A DNA stretch of 64,000 nucleotides from Camelus ferus (lineage: Eukaryota). The position numbers and the translations under genes were made by a program. Below are positions 23,521 to 36,800 of this stretch, in pieces; within the stretch, counting starts at the first letter, position 1; every line of letters starts with the position of its first letter. The notes under the pieces are model-generated. The model had not been told where the DNA came from, did no database searches, and saw only the letters and a list, made by a program, of their open reading frames with translations. The stretch lies in assembly GCF_009834535.1 (NCBI RefSeq), contig NC_045697.1:7380001-7444000 (forward strand), written 5' to 3'.

Positions 23521-26289
23521 TCTTTTCAAGTTTGGAGAATAGAAAATAAAACAAACAAAGCAAAAAGTTTGCTCTAAGTAGGACATAAAATCCGATTCTC
23601 AGTTTCATAGTGTGTGGGAATCATGACGGAAATCTTATTTTTAAAAATTCCCTTATCTTGTAAAATAAAGATTTTGGTCCAAACAAAAAGCATAAATAGT
23701 ATTTCCAGGGAATAGAGGAGCAAGATGTTCAGCCATAGAAATCTTTTTCAAATTTATGAAGAAAGCTAGATTACTTTCTAAAATGTTCTCAGTTACGAGA
23801 TCTTCTCCCCTAATTTCCTTATTATAAGGTCAGCTCCTGTGAAGTAGCAACAAACGGTAAACCGAATGCACGCAGAGTCCATAAGCAAACACCGGCGGCA
23901 ACAAGAACAGAAAACAGTAAAAATCTCCCTTGAAAAGATGACCTCGAACTCCCTTGTCCCTAGATCTTGTTATAACAACATGGCTTTCATGTGACACTCA
24001 TTATCATAATCAGTTTCTAATAGTGAATACTTTATTTTGCGTGATGAATTTAAATACACGGTAAAAATCGCTGTATCACAGAATTCCACGGAGACCCTGA
24101 TTTCCAGGAGCATTATCTCGTAAGCGAGTTTGCGATCCACTGCACGAGGTATCAAGAGATCCCCCCATGGAAGTGGTGATCTGTAGAACACACTGCTTTT
24201 TGAAATCAGCCCTGCCCTCGCAGTCAGTCAGGTATGATAATCCCCACGTGCACAAATTGAGGACGTTAAAGAGTAAAGACAGCTAAAAGATGTTCAGCAC
24301 GACAAAATTTGAGAAGAGAGGAAGTGGTCCCTCAAGAATATTTGTGCTTTTTTTTTCGTAGATGGCAGGGGCCCTGAGGCATCCACATGCTGCTGGGAAT
24401 ACAGTAAACACGTACGAAGCTGTCTACACTCCACCTGCTCCTGAGTGGGTTATGGAGTCTGCATTCTGTGTCATGTACTGGGCAATTCGCAGCACGAAAT
24501 TCCAACAGCTTCCGTGGTCTAGCGTCGTGTGTGAAAATGCAGCAAACGTTCATCTACAACACACAGAGTTAAGTGCTGAAATATTAGCACTTACACCATC
24601 CTATGCGAGTACGGGAGAGGAGAAGAGGGAGAACGATGAAGCTCGAAAGCTCTGAGGGAAGTGCAGGCGACAAAGAAGTCAGGGAAGACGTAGGCGTGAG
24701 GACTGGCAGCAGAGAAACCAGACAAAGGCTACTGCAATAAGTGAGATATGAGAAGTGTCTGGGCAGAATCAGCGCAAGTGGGCTTGAAAGCGTGGGAGAT
24801 GATCTGATTGAAAAAAGTGACATATTTTCTTCCAGGTAAAATATGAGACAATTAAAGGAAAAGTGCACTTTGATACAACTTCCCAAGTAAGAAAGAGTTA
24901 TTTAAAAGAGGCAAGAGTTTGTGCGAAAGGAAAGCTGGTTTCAGAAGATTAATTTTGAGGGCTTGAGGGATGCACAGGAAGAGACAACCAATCAGCAATG
25001 ACTCTGTAGTAAGAGACCACCGATGGGAGGGCTTCAGGACCCCTCCTCCACTTGTTTTCCTCTTCCCCTCTCCTTCCATGTCAGGACTTTCTTGTATCAA
25101 CCACATTACTGAGATGCTATGCAGCCTCCCTCTCCCCCCATAGACTGAAGTTTGATGCTCAGAAGTTAAACACACTGCAAAGTTAAGATGCTGAAAAAGT
25201 GTGGCTGTGGCTATATCTTTGCTGGGGGCCATTCTGGGTTAAAGTCTGGTCTTAAGGCAATTATTAACAGCACCCTCTTTCCCTTTCAGAAATGTCCAGG
25301 GTTGGGCATCTTTGCCATTATCATTTTCGCCATCCTTGTCACAATCATCATAATCATCATCCTAGTGACACTGATAATTTTTACTCTAGGGAGTCTCTAG
25401 TAATTTAAAAGCACGTGCTTTCATATGTTTTGCCTATTGTAAGCCTTACAACAATCCTGTTGGATAGATGAGGGTGGAAGGTGTCCCTATTTTCCTGTAA
25501 AGAAACTGGGGTTTCAGGAGCTGTGCAATCAGATGGACATTTGGTGTGGGACCAGGGTTGGAATCCATGCTTTTGAGAGCACAGTTGTGAGTTTTCCCAC
25601 TATACCATACTGCTTTCTTAACTTGATAATCTCATGACTTTTTGACTTTATGATCTGATGGGGTGAAAATTCAGAAAACCCCAAACTAATAGGAGATTCT
25701 GAAGATGCAACACAAATATTAACAGTGACATTTTAAGAGACCCACCCTTGGCTCACACATTCACACAGTTGTGCTCCGACGTTTCCTCTTGCTAACCGTG
25801 CCCTCTTCCTCCTTATCAGCCTGAAGGCTGAAGTCAGCAACTTTTCTTCATCCCTTCTATATGGGCAGGGCAATAGGATATATTTTTTTAAAGTCCTCAA
25901 AGAGACATCATATTTAAAAGGAAATCCTACGAGAGGAAATAAATTTTTTAACAAAGAACAAAAACTTTTACTTGGCACTGAAAGGTATTACAAGCACATA
26001 TCCAACAAGTATGAGGGGACCTTGTTCTCTTAGCAGATCTTCAGACTCTGAAATGTAAATTTGCCCCGTGTGAACACCCGTCTTCTCTAAGATGAAATTA
26101 TGTTCTCAAATGTGTGTGAAGTGGTGCCTATTAAGGAGAAGTGCATCTTGTTTGCCCCAGAGAAGCCTTGGGGTTTCGTCTCATATTGAGCTGGGAACAT
26201 CTGAGATCAATTTCTATCTTCAAAAGGTCAAACGCTGTATGACCTTGAAGACAACATTTCCTCTTTGTTGAGTCTCAATTTCCTTATCT

Positions 26290-26490
26290 AGGGCTTGGCG
26301 ATCTTACCGTATCAGGCTTTGCTGGCCATTTTTTCCGTTTGCAGCTATTCAACTCAGCCATGGTATGAGCTCAAAACAGCCATAGACCAGATTGAAATGT
26401 ATGAGGGTGGCTGTGTTCTAATAAAACTTTATTTACAAAAACAGGTGGCAGGCTGGATTGGATCATTCATAGTTTGGCAACCTTTTTGCA
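26290..26490. mobile_element. MER58A-like hAT MITE nested in a MIR
   Basis: ggctgtgttctaataaaactttatttacaaaaacaggtggcaggctggatt signature; MIR sequence continues on both sides. Confidence 0.8.
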
Positions 26491-27200
26491 GGGGAAAATA
26501 CCATCAACTTCACAAGGTTGTTCTAAGAATTACATTGCCTCCAATATGTGAAGTGCTTGACGGGGGTCTGCTGTTAAATATGACGGCTGATTTCTTTCTT
26601 CTTTCCTGACTCACAGCAAGTCTCTTTGAGTGAGACGGCAGGGGACCCTTTCAAGATGAAACCCTGTTGGTTGGTATTTCATATCTGCAAGCAAATCTTT
26701 TTTTTTTGTTGTTTCCTTTTAATTTTAATATTTTGGGAGAAAAAGATAGGAAACTGAGACACTGAATAGTTAACCCAACAAACTTATGAACAAATTTGAG
26801 CTCTATTCGATGTCATTTGCCCCACATTTATTCCTTTAAAAAAATGCTACTTAAGAATAGCTTTTTTAGTGCAATTCACAGCAGACTTATAAAGAAGCTT
26901 GTGGTGTGGGCCAAAGGTCCAGGTAACAGCTGTGCCTCTTTGTTTGAGTAACAATAATAATGAAGCATCAGCCTCACAGGCACTTATTATTTTAAACTTG
27001 ACCTCTTGTTCCTGCGTTTCTCATCCTCCCTTGCCTGCCTCCAAGAGCAGTCACCAGACCTGCCCCTTCATTTCTCTGAACCGGTGTAGGGCTCTTTGAG
27101 AGTGTCCTTTTCACCTCAGTTTTACAATTACTTTTTTAATGCTCTTACATATTTCATTTGTGAGTGTTTTTTTCCTCTCCAAGTACCTTTAGTGCATTAA

Positions 27201-27910
27201 TGCAAAAGACAAATTACTCCAATACACTAAAATACAGTGCATTGGAGTAAAAATGTCGCCAGTGGGTGCAACCCATGTTCCAGGTCTTTGTCCCATCCCA
27301 GAAAAGAATTCAGAGACAAGATGTAGTGGTTGAAAAAGTAAAGTGAGAATTTATTAAAGGATGGATAGTACTCTCTCAAGGGGAGGGAGGGCAGGCTCAG
27401 GTGAGCAGCTGCCCTGAGCTTCTTTGGCAAGTTGGTTACATAGAGTGTCAAAGTGAATGGGCAGAATGTTCACTGGGGAGGGAAGGGCTTGGGGTTGTAT
27501 TCCCTGAATTTCATCCCAGCTCCACTTTCCCAAAGGGAGGAGGGATTTTTGTCCTTGTTTAGTCTGGATCAGAAGTGACATTGCATCGGTGCATGATGGG
27601 TACATCTGATCTGCAAGGCTAATTTTATTGAAATGAGGGCATAATGAGCAAAAGGTTGCATTCGGACACTGGAAATTTCTGCCTTTTCTCCTTTCTTTGT
27701 TGGCCTCTGGGCCACTTATCAGCCCCAAAGATGTGACCACTTATCAGCCCAGAGGTTCCTGCTTTTCTTTCTCTGCCCAGGGACCCTGGGTGCTTACATG
27801 ATGTATGGTTTCCTGCATTTGGCCCGTGCCCCTCCTTGCTGCCCAATTCCTGCCATTTGGTCTGTGTCCCCCTTTCTCTGCTCATATCTAGCTATCTGCC
27901 TGCTCTGACA
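27201..27910 (-). mobile_element. ERV1-class solo LTR (710 bp)
   Basis: TG...CA termini; perfect 4-bp TSD ttaa (27197-27200 / 27911-27914); AATAAA on the minus strand near 27350. Confidence 0.9.
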
Positions 27911-30628
27911 TTAACACACTAAGATTACAGTCAAATGATTGCAATTCAAGGTCTGACTGTCTTGTTAATTATTTACCTGAACTTGAACAGACTGCTTCCC
28001 AGACTGAGTGTCAGGCTTCTCATCTGTGAACGGGGATGGACAATGCTGCTCTTCCTACCTCTCTAGGTTTCCTGTGTGAACGCAATGGACGCCAGCTGTG
28101 AAAACAAGATGCTATGAAATTGCTGGTGATGTATTTCTCCATTATTGCTGTTATCAAAATCAAAATCATAGATGTAATTTAAACAGCACATATTGTGGGC
28201 CAGGAAGTATACAAAGCATTGTTCATAAATTTATTTATTAATCTTCACAACAAATGTGTGAGGTAATTATTTTTTCTCTCATACTGTGGATGAAGAAACG
28301 ACAAAGCCTGGTGGTGAGGTAATATGTCCAGGTCTCATACAAGTGGATGAACTGGGGTTAAAACTCTGCAATATCGGACCCCAAAGTTCTTCTTCTTAAG
28401 CCAATGAAACTTGAAGTGAATGCACAAATTGACTCCTTTATCAAACCAGAGAAGACCTAGACATTCTGCATTTGCCTTACACAATATTTTAAAGTTTAAA
28501 TTTAAAAAATAGCACCATAAAACAGTTTTTTTGGTCATATTTTATTCTAAAAGATAAATAAGCACATATACAGGTAATTTACAATTTGAATATTTTGAAT
28601 ATTTTCAAAGATGACCAGGATATGATCCAGCCCATAGTTTCTAAATACAACTTTATCAGAAAAGGTTATAGTAAATGGAAAAAAAATAAGTAAAAATATG
28701 AAAAATTTGAATAACGAAATCCAAAGGCTAGAACTCATACTGATAGACAGGGAGAGAGAAAGAAAGAAAAAAAAAAAACAAGAAGGAAAAAATATTTGAT
28801 CTTTAGGAGTATTTATACATTTTGATTGCAAATGACACTATAAAACAAGCCTCTTCTTTCTTTATTGATATATAGTTGACTAACAATATTGTGCTGGTTT
28901 CAGATGTAGAACACAGTGATTCAATATTTGTATACATTACAGAATGATCACTGTAATAATTCGAGCTACAATCTGTCACCACACAAAGTTATTACAACAT
29001 AATTGACTGTATTCCCTAAGCTGTGTGTCATACCCCAGTGTATTTATTTTATAACCGGAGGTTTATCCCTCTTAATCTCCCTCACCTATGTTATGTATCC
29101 CCGTGATGTCATCTCATCTAGCCACCTCTAGTTTGTCTCTGTATCTATGAATCTCTTATCATTTTATGTTAATACTTTTTTTTTTCTTTTTGATTCCACA
29201 TATAAGTGAAATCAAATGGTATTTGTCTTTCTCTGACTTATTTCACTTGGCAAAATACCTTGTAGGTCCACCCCTGGTGCGGCAAATGACAAGATTTCAT
29301 TCTTCTTTTTTTTTTTTTAATGGCCAAATGATACTCTATTCTATAAATATATATAAATGTCACATTTTATTTTTCCACTCAACTATGGATGGATACTTAA
29401 TGTTGCCCCCATATCTTGGCTGTTGTTAATAATGCTGCAGTGAACGTAGAGATGCATATATTGTTTTGATTAGTGTTTTTGCTTCCTTCACCCTTGCCAA
29501 CACTTGTTATATTTATTGTATTTTTGATAATAGCCATTCTGACAGATGTGAGATGATATCTCATTGTAGTTTTGACTTGCATTTACCAAATGATTAGTGA
29601 TATTGAGCATCTTTTTTATGTGCCTGTTGGCTTATGAGCATCTGTATGTCTTCTTTGAAAAAATGTCTATTCAAATCCTCTGCCCATCTTTTAATCAGGT
29701 CGTTGTATCTTCAATGTTGATTTGCATGAGTTCTTTGTATATTTGGATATTAATCCTTTGTCAGATATATTGTTTGCAAACATCTGCTCCCACTCAGTAG
29801 GCTACCTTTTCATTTTGATGACAGTTTCCTTTATTGTGCAAAAGCTTTTCAGTTTGATGTAGTTCTATTTGTTAATATTTGCTTTTATTTCAGTTGCCTG
29901 AGGAGGCATATCAAAAAAAATTGCTAAAATTGGTGTCAAAGAGCATATGGCCTGTGTTTACTTCTAGGAATTTTATGGTTTCAGGTCTTACATTTAAGTC
30001 TTTAATCCATTTGGAGATTACTTTTTGTAAATGGTGTGAGAAAACTGTCCAGCTTGATTCTTTTACATAGAGCTGCCCTGCTGTCCCAACACCACTTATT
30101 GAAGAGGCCATTTTCCCCTACTTTGTAATCTTGCTTCCTTTGTCATAGATTATGGCCCATATACGTGCGGGTTCCTTTCTGGGCTCTGTATTCTGTTCCA
30201 TCGATCAATGTGTCTGTTTTTCTGTCACTACCATCCATACTGTTTTGATTACTCTAGCTTTATAGTATAGTTTGAAATCAGGGAGTGTGATGTCTTCAGC
30301 TTTGTTCTTCTTTTTCAAGATTGTTTTGGCTATTTGAGGTCTTTGTGTTTCCATACAAATTTCAGAATTCTTTGTTCTAGTTCTGTGAAAACTACTATTG
30401 GCATTTTGATAAGGATTTCATTTAATTGGTAGATTGTCTTCAGGAGTAGGGACATTTTAACAATATTAATTCTTTCAATCCATAAGGGCACCATACATCT
30501 TTCCATCTGTTTGTGTAACCTTCAGTGGCTTTCATCAATGTCTTATATAGGTCTTTTACCTCCTTGGTTAGATTTATTCCTAGGTATTTTATTCTTTTTG
30601 ATGCAATTGTAAATAAAGGTCTTTTTTT

Positions 30629-30820
30629 AAATAACTTTTTTATTGAGTTATAGTCATTTTACAATGTTGTGTCAAATTCCAGTGCAGAGCACAATTTTTC
30701 AATTATACATGAACATACATATATTCATTGTCACATTTTTTTTTTTTTGCTGTGAGCCACCACAAGATCTTGTATATATTTCCCTGTGCTATACAGTATA
30801 ATCTTGTTTATCTATTCAGC
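30629..30820 (-). mobile_element. Young camelid-type L1 3' end nested in the older L1
   Basis: Near-identical to 11720-11934; TSD aaaggtcttttttt (30615-30628) / aaagttcttttttt (30821-30834). Confidence 0.9.
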
Positions 30821-32104
30821 AAAGTTCTTTTTTTTTTTAATTTCTCTTTCTGATAGGTTGTTGTTAGTATATAGAAAGGTGACAAATTTCTGTGTATTCA
30901 TTTTATATCCTGCAACTTTACTGAGTTCATTTATTGGTTCTAATAGTTTTTTGATGACATCTTTAGGATTTTTTTGTGTATAATATCAAGTCATCTGCAA
31001 GCAGTGATTGTTTCACTTCTTTGTTTCCAATTTGGATTCCTTTTATTTCTTGTTCTTTTCTGATTGCTAAGGCTATGACTTCCAATACTTTGTTGAATAA
31101 AAATGTCGAGAGTGGACAGCCTGGCTTTGTTCCTTATCTTAGAGAAAATGCTTTCAGCCTTCACTGTTGAATATGACATCAGTTGTAGGTTTGTCATAAA
31201 TGGCCTTTATTGTGTTAAGGTATGTTTCCTCTATACCCACTTTGTTGAGAGTTTTTATCATAAATAAATTCTGAATTTTGTCAAAAACTCTTTTGCATCC
31301 ATTGAAATGATCTTACAATTTTTATTCTTCAATTTTTTTTAATATGGTGTATTACATTGACTAATTTGTGGATATTGAATCATCCTTGCATTCCTGAGAT
31401 AAATTCCACTTGATCATGAACTATAATCTTTTTATTGTATTATTGAATTCAGTTTTCAAATATTTTGCTGAGGATTTTTGCATCTATGTACATCAATAAT
31501 GTTGGTCTATAATTTTCCTTTTTTGTGGCATCTTCATCTGGTTTGGTATTGGGGTGATGCTGGCCTAGTAGAATGAGTTCAAAATCATCCCTCACCTTTC
31601 AACTTTTTGGAATAATTTGAGAAAGATAGACATTTATTCTCCTTTAAATGTTTGGTAGATTTTACCTGTGCAGCTGTCAGGTCCTGGACTTTTGTTGGTT
31701 TGGAATTTTAAAATTACTGATTCAATTTAATTACTGGTAATTGATCTGTTCCTATTTCCTTTTTCTTCCTGATTCAGTCTTGGGAGTACGGTTTTATAAA
31801 TTTACTTATTTCTTCTACATAGTTTATTTTATTGGAGTATAACTGTCTGCAGTAATAATCTCTCATGATCCTTTGTATTTCTGTCATGTTGGTTGTAACT
31901 TCTCCTTTATTTCTGATTTTATGTGGGCCCTTTTTTCTTCTGATGAGCCTGGCTAAATGTTTATTAATTTTGTATATTTTTGTAAGAATCAGTTTTTAGT
32001 TTCACTGATTTTTTTGTCTCAATTTAACTTTTTGTAGTCTGACTTTATTTATTTATTCCCTTCTACTAACTTTGGGTTTTGTTTGTTCTTCTTTTCTTTT
32101 CTAT

Positions 32105-32375
32105 GACCCCCCAAAGAGGTCCATACCAAGATAAATTATAACTAAAATGACACAAATTAAAGATCAAGAGAGAATCTTGTTATCAGCAAGACAAAATAAA
32201 CTAATTACACAGAAGGAAACTTCGATAAAACCATCATCAACTGACTTTTTAACAAAAACTTTGTAGGCTAAATGGGAGAATCACAATATATTTATTCTGA
32301 AAGGAAATATGTTTCTGCTGAAAGGAAAAAAAAAAAAAAACTGCAACCAAGAACACTCTGCTTGGCAACTTAAAA
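32105..32375 (+). mobile_element. Inverted ORF1 segment of the host L1
   Basis: + strand reads PKRSIPR*IITKMTQIKDQERILLSARQNKLITQK...LQPRTL, the L1 ORF1 RRM/CTD region, flanked by minus-strand L1 on both sides. Confidence 0.85.
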
Positions 32376-32729
32376 CTAGGCAAATAGTATATTCTTAGTC
32401 ATAGCTTGTTTGAGTTCATCTTTTGGGGACTCTGCACTCCTGAACCTAGATGTTTATTTTCCTTTCCAGGTTAGGGAATTTTCAGCTATTATTTCTTCAA
32501 AAAGGTTTCCTGCCCCTTTCTTCCTCCTTTCCTTCTGGGACCCCAATAATGCAAATGTTAATATGATTAAGGTTGTCCTGGATGCCTCTTAAAACTATCT
32601 TTTTTAATTTTTTAATTCTTTTTTTCTTTTTTCTGTTCAGCTTGTATGATTTCTTCCATGACTGCTCTGTCATCCAGTTCACTGATCTGTTTCTCCATAC
32701 ATCTAATCTAGTGTTGATTCCTTCTAGTG

Positions 32730-32850
32730 TATTTTTTGTTGTTGCTTTTTGTTTGTTTGTTTGTTTTAGTTTTTATTGAAGTGTAGTTGATTTACAACAT
32801 TAGTTTCAGGTGTACAGCAAAGTGATTCAATTACACACACACACACACAG

Positions 32851-32881
<31 letters not shown>

Positions 32882-33876
32882 TTTTCAGATTATTTCCCAT
32901 TATATATTAATACAAGAAATTAAATATGGTTTCCTGTTCTATACTTTGTTGTTTATCTATTTTATATATAGACATGTGTCTGTTAATCTCCAACCCCTAA
33001 TTTATTCCTCCTCACCCTTTCCCTTTTGGTACCATAGTTTGTTTTCTATCTGTGAATCGATCTCTGTTTTGTAAATAAGTTCATTTGTGCCCTTTTATTG
33101 GATTTCACATATGAGTGTTATCTTTCTGGCTTACTTCACTTAGTATGAAAATTTTCGGGTACATCCATGTTGCTGCAAATGTCATTATTTCATTCTTTTT
33201 TTTGATAGCTGAGTAATATTTCTTTGTATCTACATACAACATCTTCTTTATCCAGTCATCTGTTGATGGGCATTTCAGTTGTTTCCATGCCTTGGCTATT
33301 ATTAATAGTGCTGCTATGAACTTTGGGGTGCATTGTCTTTTTGAATTACAGTTTTCTCTGAATATCTGCCCAGGAGTGGGATTGCTGGATCATATGGGAA
33401 GTCTATTTGTTAGTTTTGTAAAGAATCTCTATACTGTTTTCCACAGTAGCTGCACAAATTTACATTTCCACCAACAGTGTAGGAGGGTTCCCTTTTCTCC
33501 ATACCCTCTCCAGCATTTATTAATTGCAGAATTTTTAATAATGGCCATTCTGACTGGTGTGAGCTGAGTAGTTTTGTTTTGCATTGCACCTCATTGTAGT
33601 TTTGATTTGCATCTCTCTAATAATTAGTGATACTGAGCATCTTTTCATGTGTCTATTGGCATCTGTGTGTCTTTGGAGAAATGTCTATTTAGGTCACTTA
33701 GGTCTTCTGCCCATTTTTTGACTGGGTTATTTGGTTTTTTTTGGCATTAAGCTGTATAAGCTGTTTGTATATTTTGGAAATTAGTCCCTTGTTAGTCTTG
33801 TCATTTGCAAATATTTCCTCCCATTCTGTAGGTTGTCTTTTCATTTTGTTTATATTTCCTTAGCTGTGCAAAAAAT
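32730..33876 (-). mobile_element. L1 3' end (about 1.1 kb) inserted into ORF1 of the older L1
   Basis: (GTTT)n tail, 3' UTR with (CA)/(TA) microsatellite and ORF2 C-terminus; the host ORF1 resumes at about 33877. Confidence 0.9.
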
Positions 33877-36800
33877 TTCAGTTAGTGTGTTCTTCAGCTG
33901 TTTGTTTCCTCTTTATATTTCCTACATCTTTGTTAATATTCTTACTGTGTTCATCCATTCTTTTCCTGAGTTTGTTAAGCATCTTTACGATCCTTCCCTT
34001 GAACTCTTTATTAGGTAGATTGCTTATCTCCACTTCACTTGGTTTTTCTTCTGTGATTTTGCCTTGTTCCTTGGTTTGGAACATATTCCTCTGTCTCCTC
34101 TTTTTGCCTAATTTGTAGGCAAATTATTTATTCCTATGTATTTATTTCTATGTATTAAGAAGGTTGGTTACATCTTCCAAACTTGGAGAAGTGGCCTTAT
34201 GTACAAAATGCCTTATGGGGTCTTGTCGCACACTCTCCTCTAGTTATCAGAACCATGTCCCTATGTGGGATGCACGGGCCCTTCTGCTGTGGCAGGGCTG
34301 ATTATTGTGGGTGCACAGGCATGCAAGGCCAGCCCCCAGCCTGACTGGCTTCCAGCCTTGCCTTGTGCCATGGTTACTAGTTCTTTGGTTGACAGGATCA
34401 GTTCCCAGGGTGGTTGGCAGTGGGAGCCAGTGGGACCTGGGGCTGGGGATCACCCACTAGTGGATAGAGCTGGGTTCCAGGGCAGCTGAATGCTTGACCC
34501 TGTAGGTCCCGGGACTTGTTCTGGCTGATGGTGGGCATGTAAGCCCCTCGGGCTACTGTGCTAGAGGGAGGATTTCAAAATGGCATCTGCCAGCACCGGT
34601 GTCCTGGAGTTAGAATGAGTGCCCCAGATGGCTGCCACCAGAGTCTGTATTCCTGGGGGAGTCCCAGTTGTCAAATGCCTGTCCAGGAGGCTCTTCAAGA
34701 TCTGCAAGTAGGTCTGACTCAGGCTTCTTTCAAAGCACTGCCTCTGCACTGGGAATCTGAGTGTGTGAGCAAGGGCATGTGCCTTTAAAGACCAGAGTCT
34801 TTCTTTCTGGCTTTCTCATGTGCAAGCCCCTCTGGTCTTCAAAGCCATATATCCTGGGGGCTTGTCTTCTCAGTGCAGGACCCATGGGCTGGACAGGCTG
34901 GTGTGGGGCTCAAACGCCTCACCCTTTAGGGAGAACATTTGCAATTGTGATTATTTTCCTGTTTGTGGGTCCCCCACCCTGGGGTGTGGGTCTTGACTGT
35001 ACTGTGTTTCCGCCCCCTCCTACCCATCTTGTGATTCCTTCTTTATATCTTTAGCTGTGGAAAGTCTTTTCTGTTAGTCTTCAGGTTGTTGTCATAGATA
35101 GGTACCCTATAAATAGTTGTAATCTTGGTGTGCCCGTGGGAGGAAGTGAGCTCAGGGTCTCCCTACTCTGCCAATTAGACACACCTCAAACCTCTTTTAT
35201 TTTCTAAAAATAAAAGTTCCATGATCATGTCCTCAAAGCACTATGAAAATTGAATTAGAAACTGAAAGAAAAATAAAATATATTATTTAAAAATCTAATG
35301 AGACAGAGACACTATATCAATGGAAATTACAAAATATGTTGATCAGAATCACAATGAAAACACAGCATATTAAAATCTGCTATACATAGTTAAAATGGTA
35401 TCAAGGAATTTATGTCCTTAAATGTAAGAAACCAAAAAGTGGGGGAAAAAAAGACAACGAAGACAAAGAAGAAGAAAGGAGAAAAGGAGAAAGAAGAGGT
35501 AGGGGTCAGAACTCTTCCTAGGGAGAAAGGACAAGAGAGAATAGGAAAGGATATAAGGCATGGGGGTCACATTTCCTCATGTTCCAGGGGGTGAACTGGC
35601 CTTTTATCTGGGCACCCGATTGATGGTTCCAGGAGAGTGGGCTTGGGTGGGAGTGGGGTTACAGCATGTGTTGTTCAGAAACATTAATTGACTTTCTCAA
35701 AAGCAAGTGGCTCTTATCAGGGTTGGTGTTTAACCTAGATCCTCTACCTTCCCAGTGAATTTGAATATAATTTAATGCACCTCTCAAAAGTCTTAAGTAT
35801 TTGTTTAACATATATATAAATACATTGTTTTGATAATGTATCTGTTAAAATAGATCTATGTGCAAGTATCTCTTATATTGGTATCAAGCAAGGTATTGGC
35901 TCTTCATTTTCCTTGAAGAATGTAGATATATTTCTGTATTCTTCACTTGACTCTTTGTAGAAAACGTATGACTTAGGAGTTGCATTGAAATATAGAAGGC
36001 AATTGAAAGAGCATAAAGCTAAATGAATATACATCAGCCTTTAAGATTTCTTTGTTAGCAACGAGCCTTTCTGACTCTTCAATTGCTTAATGAGTTCTAC
36101 TTACTGTTGCTGAAGTAAGGAGCCCCAGGGACTGAGTAGTGGGGAGAACCACCTAAGGACGTGAGAAAACTGACCTTTGAATTACCGTTATATATTTTTT
36201 TAAATAGAGCAGAGTATGATAATGAATTATTTTGCTTTGCCTGGTCATCTAAAGTCCTTCTTCATTATAAACATTGTCCTGTAATGATCATCCTATTATC
36301 CAAACAAGGCTGCCTCTTCACTCTCAGGACCAAGGTCTGAATGTTTGAATACACATGGATATCTTCATTTTACTTTCTGAACCTTTTGAATTCTCACTTT
36401 AGCAATATTCATTTCCATTTCTGATGACTTATGGAACTCCTTTTGATTCTGGAGCTGTCTAAATAATTTTATTTTGTCATGCTGTCATCTGCAAACTACG
36501 TTGTAAGTGTTTAACACCTTCACCTATCACAGCATGCATCGGTGCACACAAATTCTGAGCAATTAAGGAAGTAATTGTGCTGTTTGACTTGTTTTACGCA
36601 AGACACATCTCAACTCAATATGTTAAATTTCAAATGCTCTCCCATTGTCTTAAAAGATGAATAATGTTCAAATAGATATGAGCAGATCTGCCATAGAACA
36701 TGTGGATGGTTATGAAAATGCCTGTTTCAGACAGAGATCCTGTTCCCGCAGCTGCTGTGGGTTCTCTGAAATGATTCCGTATTGTGAAAAGAGATCGGCA

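Larger units (their letters stand above)
28855..35185 (-). mobile_element. Rearranged near-full-length L1 (5' UTR, ORF1, partial ORF2, 3' UTR) with nested younger L1s
   Basis: GC-richer 5' UTR at about 34130-35185; ORF1 (MFQTKEQGK...NLPNKEFK; INICIIGVPEG); ORF2 RT and C-terminus (SKWIKDLNVRPETIKFLE; MQVKTTMRYHLTSVRMAII); 3' UTR ends near 28855. Confidence 0.92.
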
